From the IMG/VR virus record IMGVR_UViG_3300047561_001544: a stretch of 64,000 nt of DNA; one strand, given 5' to 3'. Under the pieces are notes generated by a model, which did no database searches, was not told where the DNA came from, and was given only the letters and a program-made list of their open reading frames with translations. Source of the stretch: an uncultured virus (IMG/VR IMGVR_UViG_3300047561_001544). Its lineage: Duplodnaviria > Heunggongvirae > Uroviricota > Caudoviricetes. Below, in pieces: positions 1 to 9,843 of the stretch (the first letter of the stretch is position 1; every line of letters begins with the position of its first letter). Position numbers and translations under genes: made by a program.

Positions 1-861
1 AGATAGCTGTTTAATAAATTCAATATTTATATTTTCTGTTATATCATAGATAATATTTTTTACTTTATCTTTAAATTGTATAAATGGATTTAAATTAAAA
101 ATTTTATTTGTTGTGATTATACAATCTCGAATATTAATATTATTTAACGATGATATATAATCATTTTCATCTAACTCTTCTTTATAATCAAATCTAATAT
201 TTAAGATTTGTTTATGAAAAAAATTATTAGGTATAATTTGATTGGGGAATGCTTCTAATAAAATATTTTGATTATATTTTTCACCAATAAATTTTGTACT
301 TATATTCAGAAAAGATTCATTAAATAATAGTTTAAGTGCTCCATTAATAATTTCTTCAATTTTAATTTCATTAACCCTTTTAGGAGATTCATTTGGATTG
401 AAACTTGGAGACCAATTTTTAGGTGTTAAACAAATTTGATTATTATTCTTCCAAAATGGTCCGGCAATTTCTGGAGAAGATATACTATATAAAGCAATTA
501 ATGGAATTTCAAATGCGCTACACATGTGAATAGCAAAACTATCATTTCCGATATGTAATTTTGAATTATTTAGTATAAATGCTGTTTGATTAATATCTGT
601 ACTACCTTGCAAATTAATAACTTTATTTAATGAACTATCTGTTTTTGAACCAATTTGAATTATTTTATAGCCATTTTTTTCTAAAATAGGGAATAAAAAA
701 TCAATAACATCTTGAAAATAATCATAACATTTTCCACTCATTCCACTACTATTTTGAACAGTAATATATTTTTCATATGGTACTGGAAAGTATTTTTTAA
801 TAATAAATGGTTTTGTAATTTTACTACCAGTATTTAGAGCGTATTTTTCTAATAAGTGCAT
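1..861 (-). CDS. GT9-like (heptosyltransferase-like) glycosyltransferase, 3'-truncated by window edge
   Basis: Not in ORF track. ATG at 861; frame open to position 1: MHLLEKYALNTGSKITKPFI...KIIQIG...LHIGNDSFAIHMCSAFEIPLIALY, a GT9-type GNDS..H motif. Confidence 0.7.
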   Translation of the reverse strand, partial: MHLLEKYALNTGSKITKPFIIKKYFPVPYEKYITVQNSSGMSGKCYDYFQDVIDFLFPILEKNGYKIIQIGSKTDSSLNKVINLQGSTDINQTAFILNNSKLHIGNDSFAIHMCSAFEIPLIALYSISSPEIAGPFWKNNNQICLTPKNWSPSFNPNESPKRVNEIKIEEIINGALKLLFNESFLNISTKFIGEKYNQNILLEAFPNQIIPNNFFHKQILNIRFDYKEELDENDYISSLNNINIRDCIITTNKIFNLNPFIQFKDKVKNIIYDITENINIEFIKQLS

Positions 862-2780
862 AAATTTAAATCAATTTTATCTTCGCCATTGTGCATATAA
901 CTTAAAAGCCGTTGGGTAGAAAAATATGGATGATATACTATATTACAAATACCTTCTTGACCCATCCCACCTTCCATTAATATAGCTGAATCCATTACTT
1001 CATGATAAGGAATCCATTTATCTATATAAGGATTTCCATCTATAATTTCTTTATATTCCGGTTTTGTGGCTATATATATTTTATATTCATTTGATGGATA
1101 TCTATTTCTTAATGACTCAAATAATGCTGTAACTAAAAAAACATCTCCGATACTTTCGGGCTGTATTAATAATACTCTTTTAATATTTTCATCTTTATCA
1201 AATAAATCTTTTAATTGTATTTTTGTATTTTTTTGTATTTCTTGCCGAGCGGTTTGTTTAAAAAAGTTTTCAATTTCTTGTTTTGGCATATTTTGTTCAA
1301 TTTTTGTTAGCCAATGTTGTAATCCCTCGTCATTATCACTTATTTCCATGTCTAATATATTTTTATATAAAGACTTAAGCCACTCTTTATTATTATTATT
1401 ATTTTCTACAATAGCATCTGGATTTGGATTTTTTTGATTTAATTCGTAAGAACAATTAAAATCTTCTTCATCTAAAAGAGGGGTCGAATCAATAAATTCT
1501 TCAATTTTTGTCCCATTAATATCAATTGAATAATTTTTTAAAGCCCATTCTCGAGAATCTTTTTGCATTTTTTGTTTTGTCAATGGATTCATTTCATAAA
1601 CTTTCTTAAAAATTTTTGAAAGTTCAAACGGCGATGGTTGAGATTTTAAAAATTGCGTTCCATGTTCAGTATAGAAAGTAAATTTGATTGGTATACTTCC
1701 CTTGTTATTTTCTATAATATCCTCTCCAAATGAATATGGCGAAACTGTAATTATTTTTTCTGTTAAAGCTGCTTCTACACATGGTAACTCACAAGCTCCA
1801 GATGTTGCTGGATGAGAGTATAATGAAAATATATTATATATTTCGTTTAACTGTTCATCATTTACACCATTCGTTACATTTGCAGTAATTAACGTTTTTC
1901 TTTTAGTAATTGGATTTTCTAAATCTTGACCATGAAACGGAGCAATAAAATATTTACCAGTTTCTTTACAAATATACGTACATAAAATTTCTCTAGGATC
2001 TACACCGTATTGTTGGCAAAGTCTATGTATGTCCCATCCTTCACCGTAATGCGTATGTGTATATAAAAATGTATTTTTAATTTGTGGGTTATGTTTTTTA
2101 AATAAACTATACGCTTCTATTTGGGTATTGATTAATTTTCTTAATTGATTTCTAAAAACAAATCCGATAATAAATGAATTTTCAGGTATACCAAAACGTG
2201 CTTTAATTTCTGATATTTTACTATCTTCAAGTTTATAAAAATTTTTAGTATTAACTAGCGGATATTGATTTTTAACATGAAAAAAATTATGTTTATGTAA
2301 TTCTTTTCTTGCAAAATCGCTCCATGTCCAATAATTTTTTATAACTGGAGCTTTTTGGAGTGTATCTGGTAGTAATGGTAATGAATCAAAAGTATTCCAA
2401 CAAACTATTGGAATTTTTTTAGAAAATGGAAAATCTATAACAAATTGTGATCCCCAGGTATCATTAATAGCAAAAATTATATCGGGTTTAAAATCTTTAA
2501 CTATGTTAGCAATTTCTAATTGTCCATATGCGGCTACTCTAGCAAGATTCGGATCTTGATTAATTTGTTGAATTTTAGATGGATCTGTTGGTAAAACTCC
2601 TACAGTTTTCCATGGAAATTTATGTTCATGCGCGCCATGTTTTAATACTCCTTGTGCAGCATTTAATATTTCATATTTATTTGTTTTATATAAAAATGTT
2701 AATAATAATTTACACTGTTTACCAAAACCCGTATATGCTCCGGCATAATCTGTCAAAAATAAAAGTCTTTTTTTACGCAT
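849..2780 (-). CDS. GT-B (GT4-like) glycosyltransferase fused to a C-terminal GT9-like N-domain
   Basis: TGFGKQ N-terminus, FRNQLRK, GACELPCVEAA motif; C-terminal ESIGDVFL...IIDGNPYID. Confidence 0.75.
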   Translation of the reverse strand: MRKKRLLFLTDYAGAYTGFGKQCKLLLTFLYKTNKYEILNAAQGVLKHGAHEHKFPWKTVGVLPTDPSKIQQINQDPNLARVAAYGQLEIANIVKDFKPDIIFAINDTWGSQFVIDFPFSKKIPIVCWNTFDSLPLLPDTLQKAPVIKNYWTWSDFARKELHKHNFFHVKNQYPLVNTKNFYKLEDSKISEIKARFGIPENSFIIGFVFRNQLRKLINTQIEAYSLFKKHNPQIKNTFLYTHTHYGEGWDIHRLCQQYGVDPREILCTYICKETGKYFIAPFHGQDLENPITKRKTLITANVTNGVNDEQLNEIYNIFSLYSHPATSGACELPCVEAALTEKIITVSPYSFGEDIIENNKGSIPIKFTFYTEHGTQFLKSQPSPFELSKIFKKVYEMNPLTKQKMQKDSREWALKNYSIDINGTKIEEFIDSTPLLDEEDFNCSYELNQKNPNPDAIVENNNNNKEWLKSLYKNILDMEISDNDEGLQHWLTKIEQNMPKQEIENFFKQTARQEIQKNTKIQLKDLFDKDENIKRVLLIQPESIGDVFLVTALFESLRNRYPSNEYKIYIATKPEYKEIIDGNPYIDKWIPYHEVMDSAILMEGGMGQEGICNIVYHPYFSTQRLLSYMHNGEDKIDLNLCTY

Positions 2781-2790
2781 ATAAAATGTA

Positions 2791-3225
2791 TTATAAATAC
2801 ATTTGTTGTAAAGTCAATTTTAAATATTCTTGAAGACGAAGGGTTTCCGCAAAATTTAATGCAATACCAATGCCTCCCAATTTAATTAAATAGCCAATAT
2901 GAGATTCATCTTTAATAAATGGTTCTATAAAAATAGGTGTTTTTCCAGCATGTACTGTTGACCATTTTTTAGAACCGTTCGATTGCAAAACAAGTAAAGT
3001 TTCAGCAATATCATTTTCACTTAATTTAATTATTTTATGTTTTTCTGGATTCTTTACATTTTCTTTAAATGTTCCATTATTAGTTTGATTATTCCATCCG
3101 TGCTGTTTAATGATATTTATATAGAACCCATTTTTCTTTTGATCTTCTTGTTCCTGAGTCAATCCGAATGTTATCCAAGACCCTGTAACAGATTTTGTTG
3201 GTTTACAAAATTCTAATTTTTTCAT
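2791..3225 (-). CDS. hypothetical protein, possibly Whirly-like ssDNA-binding fold
   Basis: 144-aa ORF; IIKLSENDIAE...WSTVH...IALNFAETLRL pattern recalls Whirly family spacing. Confidence 0.45.
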   Translation of the reverse strand: MKKLEFCKPTKSVTGSWITFGLTQEQEDQKKNGFYINIIKQHGWNNQTNNGTFKENVKNPEKHKIIKLSENDIAETLLVLQSNGSKKWSTVHAGKTPIFIEPFIKDESHIGYLIKLGGIGIALNFAETLRLQEYLKLTLQQMYL

Positions 3226-3231
3226 AATTAA

Positions 3232-3630
3232 TTATATAGCTTTTTTTAAAACATATCTAAGAATAAAATCAAGAATACGCAATATTATAAATACTAAACC
3301 AATATATAATAGATTACCATAAATTATACAAATAATAAAAGAAATCCAAATAGATAAACATGTAATACACGAGAATAATTTAAGAAAAAATTTGATTTTG
3401 AATGAGTTTGTTAAAGATCTTTTTACATATAAATATTCTATATAGCTATCAAAAAATAAATTAGGATTTTTATTTTTAAAAAAATCTTCAATTAAAAGAC
3501 CATCGTATATATTTCTAGGTATTAAGAATTTAAATATCTTAAGATAGTAAGCAAAAAAATCAGAATAAAACCATATATGTATTATTAACGATCCAAAACA
3601 ACAGAGTAAAAATAAGAATAAGCTTGACAT
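3232..3630 (-). CDS. hypothetical membrane protein
   Basis: Hydrophobic N- and C-terminal segments, CxxC (SCITCLSIW). Confidence 0.55.
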   Translation of the reverse strand: MSSLFLFLLCCFGSLIIHIWFYSDFFAYYLKIFKFLIPRNIYDGLLIEDFFKNKNPNLFFDSYIEYLYVKRSLTNSFKIKFFLKLFSCITCLSIWISFIICIIYGNLLYIGLVFIILRILDFILRYVLKKAI

Positions 3631-3752
3631 CAGTGTAAAAAATAGTAAGATAAGGGAACAATTCTAATTCGAATACTCGCTCTGCTCGTCTTCGATTTGC
3701 TCGCTTTGCTCACAAAATTATATATCTTCTTTTTAAAAGAATCAAAAAAAGA

Positions 3753-3781
3753 TTGACATTATATTTAATATATGTTAGCAT
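3753..3781 (+). promoter_or_regulatory. sigma70-like promoter, leaderless mRNA predicted
   Basis: TTGACA-17nt-TAGCAT, 6 nt before ATG 3788. Confidence 0.65.
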
Positions 3782-3787
3782 TTAAGA

Positions 3788-4366
3788 ATGGTAGCTAAAA
3801 AATCTATTAAAGACGAGCAGTTAATATCTAAAGTCTTAAACAAGAGTTGTAATCAGAGCTTAGAAGAATTATTAAATCGTCATGGGGGCATGTTTTTTAG
3901 TATAGGAAAAAAATATTGTACGTCTTGTAATCTTAATTTAAATGATTTAAATGATAATAAATATTGGATAATGTTTAATGCAGCTAAATCGTTTGATTCT
4001 AAAAAGGGTAGTAAATTTTCCACATGGCTTGGGAATCAAATTCGTTTTTTTTGTTTAAATTTTAAAAATAAAAATCAAAAATTAATTCCGACTGAAGATA
4101 GCAGTATAGAATATTTTATGAATAATCTTATTGCCAAAGAAAATCATTTAAATAAAAAAGAAGTAATTAACACTATTATAGATTTATTTGAGGAGATATC
4201 AGATCCAAATACTAAAGATGCTATCTATTATAGATATTTTTATAATAAAGATCGTATTTTAAACTATTCAGAAATAGCAAATATTCTAAATGTTACACCT
4301 CAAACAGTTCTTAATTGGCACAATAAATTTATAAATTTTGCTAAAAAAAAATTGACATCAATATAA
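3788..4366 (+). CDS. sigma70-family RNA polymerase sigma factor
   Basis: Region 2 AAKSFDSKKGSKFSTWL and region 4 HTH NYSEIANILNVTPQTV. Confidence 0.85.
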   Translation: MVAKKSIKDEQLISKVLNKSCNQSLEELLNRHGGMFFSIGKKYCTSCNLNLNDLNDNKYWIMFNAAKSFDSKKGSKFSTWLGNQIRFFCLNFKNKNQKLIPTEDSSIEYFMNNLIAKENHLNKKEVINTIIDLFEEISDPNTKDAIYYRYFYNKDRILNYSEIANILNVTPQTVLNWHNKFINFAKKKLTSI

Positions 4367-4389
4367 ATAAATGATAAGATATAAAAACT

Positions 4390-4698
4390 ATGGAAAACCA
4401 AAATGAAAAAACTAAACTCCAAGAAGCTGGCGCTTTTTGGATTAAAAAATCAAAAGCTGGCAACTCTTTTTTAACTGGCACTGTCAAGTCCCAGTCTGGA
4501 GAAGTAATTAAAGTGATTGTGTTTAAGAATCAATATAAAACTGAAGGATCTAATCAACCAGACTATCGTGTTTATTTTGATACTAGTGTAGCCCCAGGTT
4601 CTGAATCTAAGAACCCATCTCCAGATGTAGAGAAAAGTAATAAGAATACCAGTACAAAATCTGTAGCTGCGCCTCAAACTGAAGAAATCCCATTTTAA
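4390..4698 (+). CDS. DUF736-like protein with SSB-like acidic tail
   Basis: GAFWIKKSKAGNSFLTG...NQPDYRVY; flexible linker then EEIPF C-terminus. Confidence 0.65.
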   Translation: MENQNEKTKLQEAGAFWIKKSKAGNSFLTGTVKSQSGEVIKVIVFKNQYKTEGSNQPDYRVYFDTSVAPGSESKNPSPDVEKSNKNTSTKSVAAPQTEEIPF

Positions 4699-4701
4699 TT
4701 T

Positions 4702-5793
4702 GTGCAAAAATTAGCTTTTAATTTACCATTAAATTCTACTTCTTTAGGTCAAGTATCGCTCTCAATCTTAAGAGAGCTTTATAATAAAAAGTTAGAAATT
4801 AATCTATTCCCCATCGGGGGAGTAGATATTTCTTCTCAATCTGAAGATCCGGAATTTTTTAAATGGATTAATAATTCTATTTCTCAATCAGTTAAGACTC
4901 ATAGTAGAAAAAATCCAATATTTAAATTATGGCATCTGAATGGAAGTTTAGAATCTTTTTCTGATAATCAAGTACTATTGTCTTTCTACGAAGTAGACTC
5001 CCCAACAAATACTGAAATTAATATTATTAAAAATAATAGTAAAGTTTTATTTTCAAATAATTATTCTGTAAATACCTTTAAAACTTTCGGAAGTCATAAT
5101 GTTGATTATTTACCATTAGCTTTTGATTCAAATCATTTTAAGAATTTAGGAAATAAACCTAAAAAAGAAGGAATTCAATTTGGTCTTTTTGGCAAATTGG
5201 AACCACAACGTAAAAGACATTTAAAAATAATTACAAATTGGGCTAAAAAATATGGTAATAAACATGGTTATTTTTTAAATTGTGCTATTTTTAATCATTT
5301 TTTAGATGTAAACGTACAAAGCCAAATTTTAAATCAAGCTTTAAATGGTCAAACGTATTGGAATATAAATTTTTTGCCCTATATGCAATCAAATCTTGCT
5401 TATAATGATTTACTTAATAATACAGATATAGTTTTAGCTATGAGCGGCGGAGAAGGCTGGGGTCTTCCAGAGTTTCAATCGGTAGCCCTTGGAAAACATG
5501 CTATTGTTTTAAATTCTCATGGATATAAAGAATGGGCTAATGAAAATAATTCTGTTTTAATAAATCCAAATGGTAAAATACCATGTTATGATAACATTTT
5601 CTTTCATCAAGGCGCTGATTTTAATCAAGGCAATATTTTTGATTGGAATGACGAAGACTTTTTAAATGGTCTAGATATAGTAGAGTCTAAATTCAAATTA
5701 AATAATATTAATACAGAGGGTTTAAAATTACAAAATGAGTTTACATATACAAAAATGGTAGATTCTATTCTAAATTATTTAACTAAATTATAA
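4702..5793 (+). CDS. GT4-like glycosyltransferase
   Basis: GEGWGLPEFQSVALGK motif. Confidence 0.8.
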   Translation: MQKLAFNLPLNSTSLGQVSLSILRELYNKKLEINLFPIGGVDISSQSEDPEFFKWINNSISQSVKTHSRKNPIFKLWHLNGSLESFSDNQVLLSFYEVDSPTNTEINIIKNNSKVLFSNNYSVNTFKTFGSHNVDYLPLAFDSNHFKNLGNKPKKEGIQFGLFGKLEPQRKRHLKIITNWAKKYGNKHGYFLNCAIFNHFLDVNVQSQILNQALNGQTYWNINFLPYMQSNLAYNDLLNNTDIVLAMSGGEGWGLPEFQSVALGKHAIVLNSHGYKEWANENNSVLINPNGKIPCYDNIFFHQGADFNQGNIFDWNDEDFLNGLDIVESKFKLNNINTEGLKLQNEFTYTKMVDSILNYLTKL

Positions 5794-5795
5794 AT

Positions 5796-5930
5796 ATGGA
5801 AAATATAAAAAATATTGGTGAAAAAATAAAATTTAAAGATGGTACTGAATATTCAAGAATGCCGAATGGAGAACTTAGAAGAATGTCTCCTAGAGCATAT
5901 CAAATTAGAAAATATAATAAAAAAAAATAA
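5796..5930 (+). CDS. small hypothetical protein (44 aa)
   Basis: ATG..TAA ORF exactly filling the gap: MENIKNIGEKIKFKDGTEYSRMPNGELRR... Confidence 0.5.
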   Translation: MENIKNIGEKIKFKDGTEYSRMPNGELRRMSPRAYQIRKYNKKK

Positions 5931-5933
5931 AAT

Positions 5934-7016
5934 ATGTTAGCAATTAGTACATACGCAACAAAATCTTATTTTTATATATGGCCTCAATTCTTGAGAAGAA
6001 TTAGTGCCGCCGCAGCACATCATGCAGAAGCTTATTTTATTTTAGCTACAGATAATAGTAAAGAATCAAAAAATGCTTTTGAATTAGCAAAAAAAGAACT
6101 TCCAGAAGGTTGGAAATTAGTTTGTTTAAATCTTGATGTTGAAGAGCATGAACTTAAATATAAAGAAGATTCACAGATTTTAATAGCAAAATTACAAAAT
6201 GCCGCATTTAGTTTTGCTAGAAAAATAAGGGTAGATTTTTTATGGAGTGTTGAATCTGATATGCTTGTTTCAGAAGAATCTCTTAAAATAAGTGAATGGG
6301 TTTTACAAATGCCAGATCTACATAATAAGCAATATTATGATGTTGCTGCATGTACATATCCGAATTTATTATTTTTGGGCGGATTTGGTAGTCCAGAATC
6401 TCAAATAGCAAATGATTTTTCTTATGAAGAAAGGATTATTCCATCGAGATTTAAAATGGTTTACGAAAAAAGGCAAGAAATTTTTAAAAAATTAAAAAAA
6501 GATGAGTCAAAAATTTTAAAAAATAAAATTTTAACTAAAGATCATCAAAAAGAATTAAAAGATCTAAATCTTAAATTAAAAAAAATTGAAGAGAAGTTAC
6601 GAAAATTAAGTTCTAAAATCTCAGATTTCCCTCCAGATGGTAATATTTGGGATATAACTGCAAAATATGGATGGAAACGACGTGGATGGTTTGATTTTGC
6701 CTATCCTGGAATAGGTCGTGGAAGTATTGTACCAAGTGATTGGTGTGGATTAGGTTGTACTTTAATGAGTAAAAAAGCATTATCTCTATCAGAATTTAGT
6801 GGTTATAATGGAAAAGGAACTCAAGATTTATTTTTATGTTGGGACAAATGGTACCCGAAAGATATCCGTATTGCATGTATACCCCATTGTCCTTGTGATC
6901 ATGTTAAAGTAGATAAAATAGAAAAGAAAATTATACATCATAAATCATTCTATGAAACGACTGGTGAGTTTAAAAATCATTTAAGGTTAAAATCAGAAGA
7001 ATGGATTCCAACATAA
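5934..7016 (+). CDS. GT-A fold glycosyltransferase-like protein
   Basis: SVESDM (DxD-like), DWCGLGCTLMS, QDLFLC, CDH; lysine-rich coiled-coil insertion. Confidence 0.55.
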   Translation: MLAISTYATKSYFYIWPQFLRRISAAAAHHAEAYFILATDNSKESKNAFELAKKELPEGWKLVCLNLDVEEHELKYKEDSQILIAKLQNAAFSFARKIRVDFLWSVESDMLVSEESLKISEWVLQMPDLHNKQYYDVAACTYPNLLFLGGFGSPESQIANDFSYEERIIPSRFKMVYEKRQEIFKKLKKDESKILKNKILTKDHQKELKDLNLKLKKIEEKLRKLSSKISDFPPDGNIWDITAKYGWKRRGWFDFAYPGIGRGSIVPSDWCGLGCTLMSKKALSLSEFSGYNGKGTQDLFLCWDKWYPKDIRIACIPHCPCDHVKVDKIEKKIIHHKSFYETTGEFKNHLRLKSEEWIPT

Positions 7017-7019
7017 TTT

Positions 7020-7364
7020 ATGCCATATTATTTATTTAGTAATCCAGAAACTGGAGATATACAGGAAATATTTTTTCATATGAATGATGAAAAGGTCTAC
7101 ATTGATAATAACGGTATTAAATGGACTCGAGAATTCGTTGTACCGCAGGCTAGTATTGATACAAATATAGATCCATATTCAAAACGCGCTTTTATGGACA
7201 AAACAAATAAAGCTGGTACTTTTGGCGAAATGATGGATATTTCTAAAGATTTAAGTGAAAAACGTGGCGGTTCAAAAAATGATCCAATAAAAAAGGACTA
7301 CGTTACAGATTGGAAGAAAAAAAGAAATTTACCGAATAAAAATGGGTATACACCTTCTTTTTAA
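7020..7364 (+). CDS. FmdB-like small phage protein
   Basis: MPYYLFSNPETGDIQEIF N-terminus. Confidence 0.55.
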   Translation: MPYYLFSNPETGDIQEIFFHMNDEKVYIDNNGIKWTREFVVPQASIDTNIDPYSKRAFMDKTNKAGTFGEMMDISKDLSEKRGGSKNDPIKKDYVTDWKKKRNLPNKNGYTPSF

Positions 7365-7440
7365 GAATCTTTTTTTTTATTTTAACAATTTGTTTATTTT
7401 TGCGATCTAATTCAAAACGTTGTAAATTTATATCCATAAT

Positions 7441-9420
7441 ATGAGTACAGAAATTATTTCAGAAAGTTTTACAAACAAATACGCTAATAAAAATCCTAAT
7501 TGGGGATTTAATGGTCTAGGGTATATTGTTTATAAAAGAACATATGCACGTTTAAAAGATGACGGTTTAACAGAAGAATGGCATGAAACAATTCGGCGTT
7601 GTATTAATGGTGCCCAAAAAATTGGAGCAAATTATACTCAAGAAGAGGCTGAACAGCTTTTCGATCTTATTTTTAATCTTAAATGTAATTTTGCAGGTCG
7701 AATGCTTTGGCAATTAGGAACTCCAACGGTTGATCGTTTTGGGGCTAACTCGCTTTTGAATTGTTGGAATGTTTCCATGAATAGCACTAAATCTTTTTTG
7801 TTTCTTTTCGAAAATTTAATGCTTGGTGGCGGTGTAGGATTCTCTATACGTAGAGAGGATATTCATGAGTTACCCAAGATTAAAAAAGATGTTAATGTTA
7901 TTCATCAGAATACTAAAGATGCTGATTTTATTGTTCCGGATAGCCGTGAAGGCTGGATTCGCCTTTTAGATCGTGTGCTTGAGGCGTTTTATGTAAATGG
8001 TAAATCATTTAGTTATTCAACTATTTTGATTCGTGGCGCTGGAGAAAGAATTGGTGGATTTGGCGGAGTAGCTAGCGGTCCACAAATTTTAATTGATGGT
8101 ATTGAAAAAATTGTTAAGATCTTCAAAACAAGAGAAAACAAAAAATTAAGGTCTATTGATGTTCTTGATATTTGTAATATTATTGGTGGCATTGTTGTTT
8201 CTGGAAATGTGCGCCGAAGCGCTCAAATTGCAATAGGAGATCCAGACGATTATCTTTTTCTTCGTGCAAAAAACTGGTCTTTGGGAAATGTACCCAATTG
8301 GCGTGCAATGTCTAATAATACTATTTATGCAGATAGTTTTGATCATATTTCTAGTGAGATATGGACCAATGGATATGTTTTAGATCCAGAGACTGGATTT
8401 GCTAAAGGCGAGCCTTATGGATTTTTTAATTTACCTCTTTCTCAAAAATTTGGTCGTTTAAAGGATGGTGAAATGAAAGACTCCACATTATACCCTACAG
8501 ATGAAGATAATGTGGTTGGAACAAATCCGTGTGGCGAAATTAGTCTTGCTTCATATGAATGTTGTAATCTTTCAGAACTTTATTTAAATAATATTTCCTC
8601 TAAAGAAGAACTTATTCTCTGTGCAAAACTTTTATATAAAACTCAAAAAGCTATTGCTGCACTCCCCTTTCTTCACGAGGAAACGAATAAAATTGTGCAT
8701 AAAAATATGCGTCTTGGTCTCGGTGTTACTGGTATTTGCCAATCTCTTGACAAAATTGAGTGGTTAGACGCTTGCTATAAAGAGCTTCGTAAATTTGATA
8801 AAGAATGGAGTAAGGAACGTGGTTGGAATCGTAGTATCAAACTTACTACAATTAAACCTAGTGGAACCTTGAGTTTGTTAGGAGGCTCTACGCCTGGAGT
8901 TCATCCAGCATATTCTAAATATTATACTCGTCGTGTTAGAATGTCTAGTAACGATAAACTTGTACAATATTGCCGAGATCTTGGATATCATATAGAATAT
9001 GTGCTTAATTTTGACGGATCTGAAAATCATGATACTGTTGTTGTTGAATTCCCGTGTGAAACGCCAGATGGCGCGCTATTTGCAGATGATATGGGAGTTA
9101 TTAAACAATTAGAAATGGTTAAAAAATTACAAGAAGTATGGTCAGATAATGCCGTAAGTGTTACAGCTTATTATTCAGAAGAAGAACTTCCAGCTTTAAA
9201 GCAGTGGCTTCAAGAGAACTATGCCAATTCAATTAAATCTGTAAGCTTTCTTCTTCGACAAAAACATGGGTTTAAGCAAGCTCCATATGAAGAAATTACT
9301 AAGGAAGTTTATGAAAATAAAAAGTCTAGAGTAAAATCTCTTGTAAATATTAAACAAAATATTGGCAATGACGCGATTGAAGGTATTGAATGTGAAGGTG
9401 GCGCGTGTCCCATTAAATAA
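7441..9420 (+). CDS. nrdJ: class II (adenosylcobalamin-dependent) ribonucleotide reductase
   Basis: GNVRRSAQI, TNPCGEI, TTIKPSGTLS, C-terminal CEGGACPIK. Confidence 0.93.
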   Translation: MSTEIISESFTNKYANKNPNWGFNGLGYIVYKRTYARLKDDGLTEEWHETIRRCINGAQKIGANYTQEEAEQLFDLIFNLKCNFAGRMLWQLGTPTVDRFGANSLLNCWNVSMNSTKSFLFLFENLMLGGGVGFSIRREDIHELPKIKKDVNVIHQNTKDADFIVPDSREGWIRLLDRVLEAFYVNGKSFSYSTILIRGAGERIGGFGGVASGPQILIDGIEKIVKIFKTRENKKLRSIDVLDICNIIGGIVVSGNVRRSAQIAIGDPDDYLFLRAKNWSLGNVPNWRAMSNNTIYADSFDHISSEIWTNGYVLDPETGFAKGEPYGFFNLPLSQKFGRLKDGEMKDSTLYPTDEDNVVGTNPCGEISLASYECCNLSELYLNNISSKEELILCAKLLYKTQKAIAALPFLHEETNKIVHKNMRLGLGVTGICQSLDKIEWLDACYKELRKFDKEWSKERGWNRSIKLTTIKPSGTLSLLGGSTPGVHPAYSKYYTRRVRMSSNDKLVQYCRDLGYHIEYVLNFDGSENHDTVVVEFPCETPDGALFADDMGVIKQLEMVKKLQEVWSDNAVSVTAYYSEEELPALKQWLQENYANSIKSVSFLLRQKHGFKQAPYEEITKEVYENKKSRVKSLVNIKQNIGNDAIEGIECEGGACPIK

Positions 9421-9842
9421 TGAAAAAAAATAAAGATATATATAAAGATGTAAGGGATTCAATGGATCCGACATTGGAACATAAATTTATGAATAATTTG
9501 CAATGGTCAATGCTTTTTTTTGTGTTTAATCAAATAGCAAATAAGATTAATGAAGAACATGAGTTTGACGAACAAAACTCAATGCAAAAACAGTTTATTA
9601 AAAGTTGGAAAAAGTTTGCCCATGTTAATATTGCAAAGACTGATTTAAAAATCATTAATGATATCTTAAATTCTCCCAAAAATATTTTTAATAGCGCGCT
9701 TCAAAATGATAACGAAATAACTGAAAGTACCGAAATTTATCAAGAAAAATATAATGATATAATTAATAAAATCGAAGAGTTTTTTTTGAAAACAACTCCA
9801 ATAAATGGTTATAATAGTTCAGAAGAAGATTTTGATGAATAA
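9420..9842 (+). CDS. hypothetical protein
   Basis: 140-aa ORF coupled to nrdJ stop (TAATG). Confidence 0.65.
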   Translation: MKKNKDIYKDVRDSMDPTLEHKFMNNLQWSMLFFVFNQIANKINEEHEFDEQNSMQKQFIKSWKKFAHVNIAKTDLKIINDILNSPKNIFNSALQNDNEITESTEIYQEKYNDIINKIEEFFLKTTPINGYNSSEEDFDE

Positions 9843-9843
9843 T

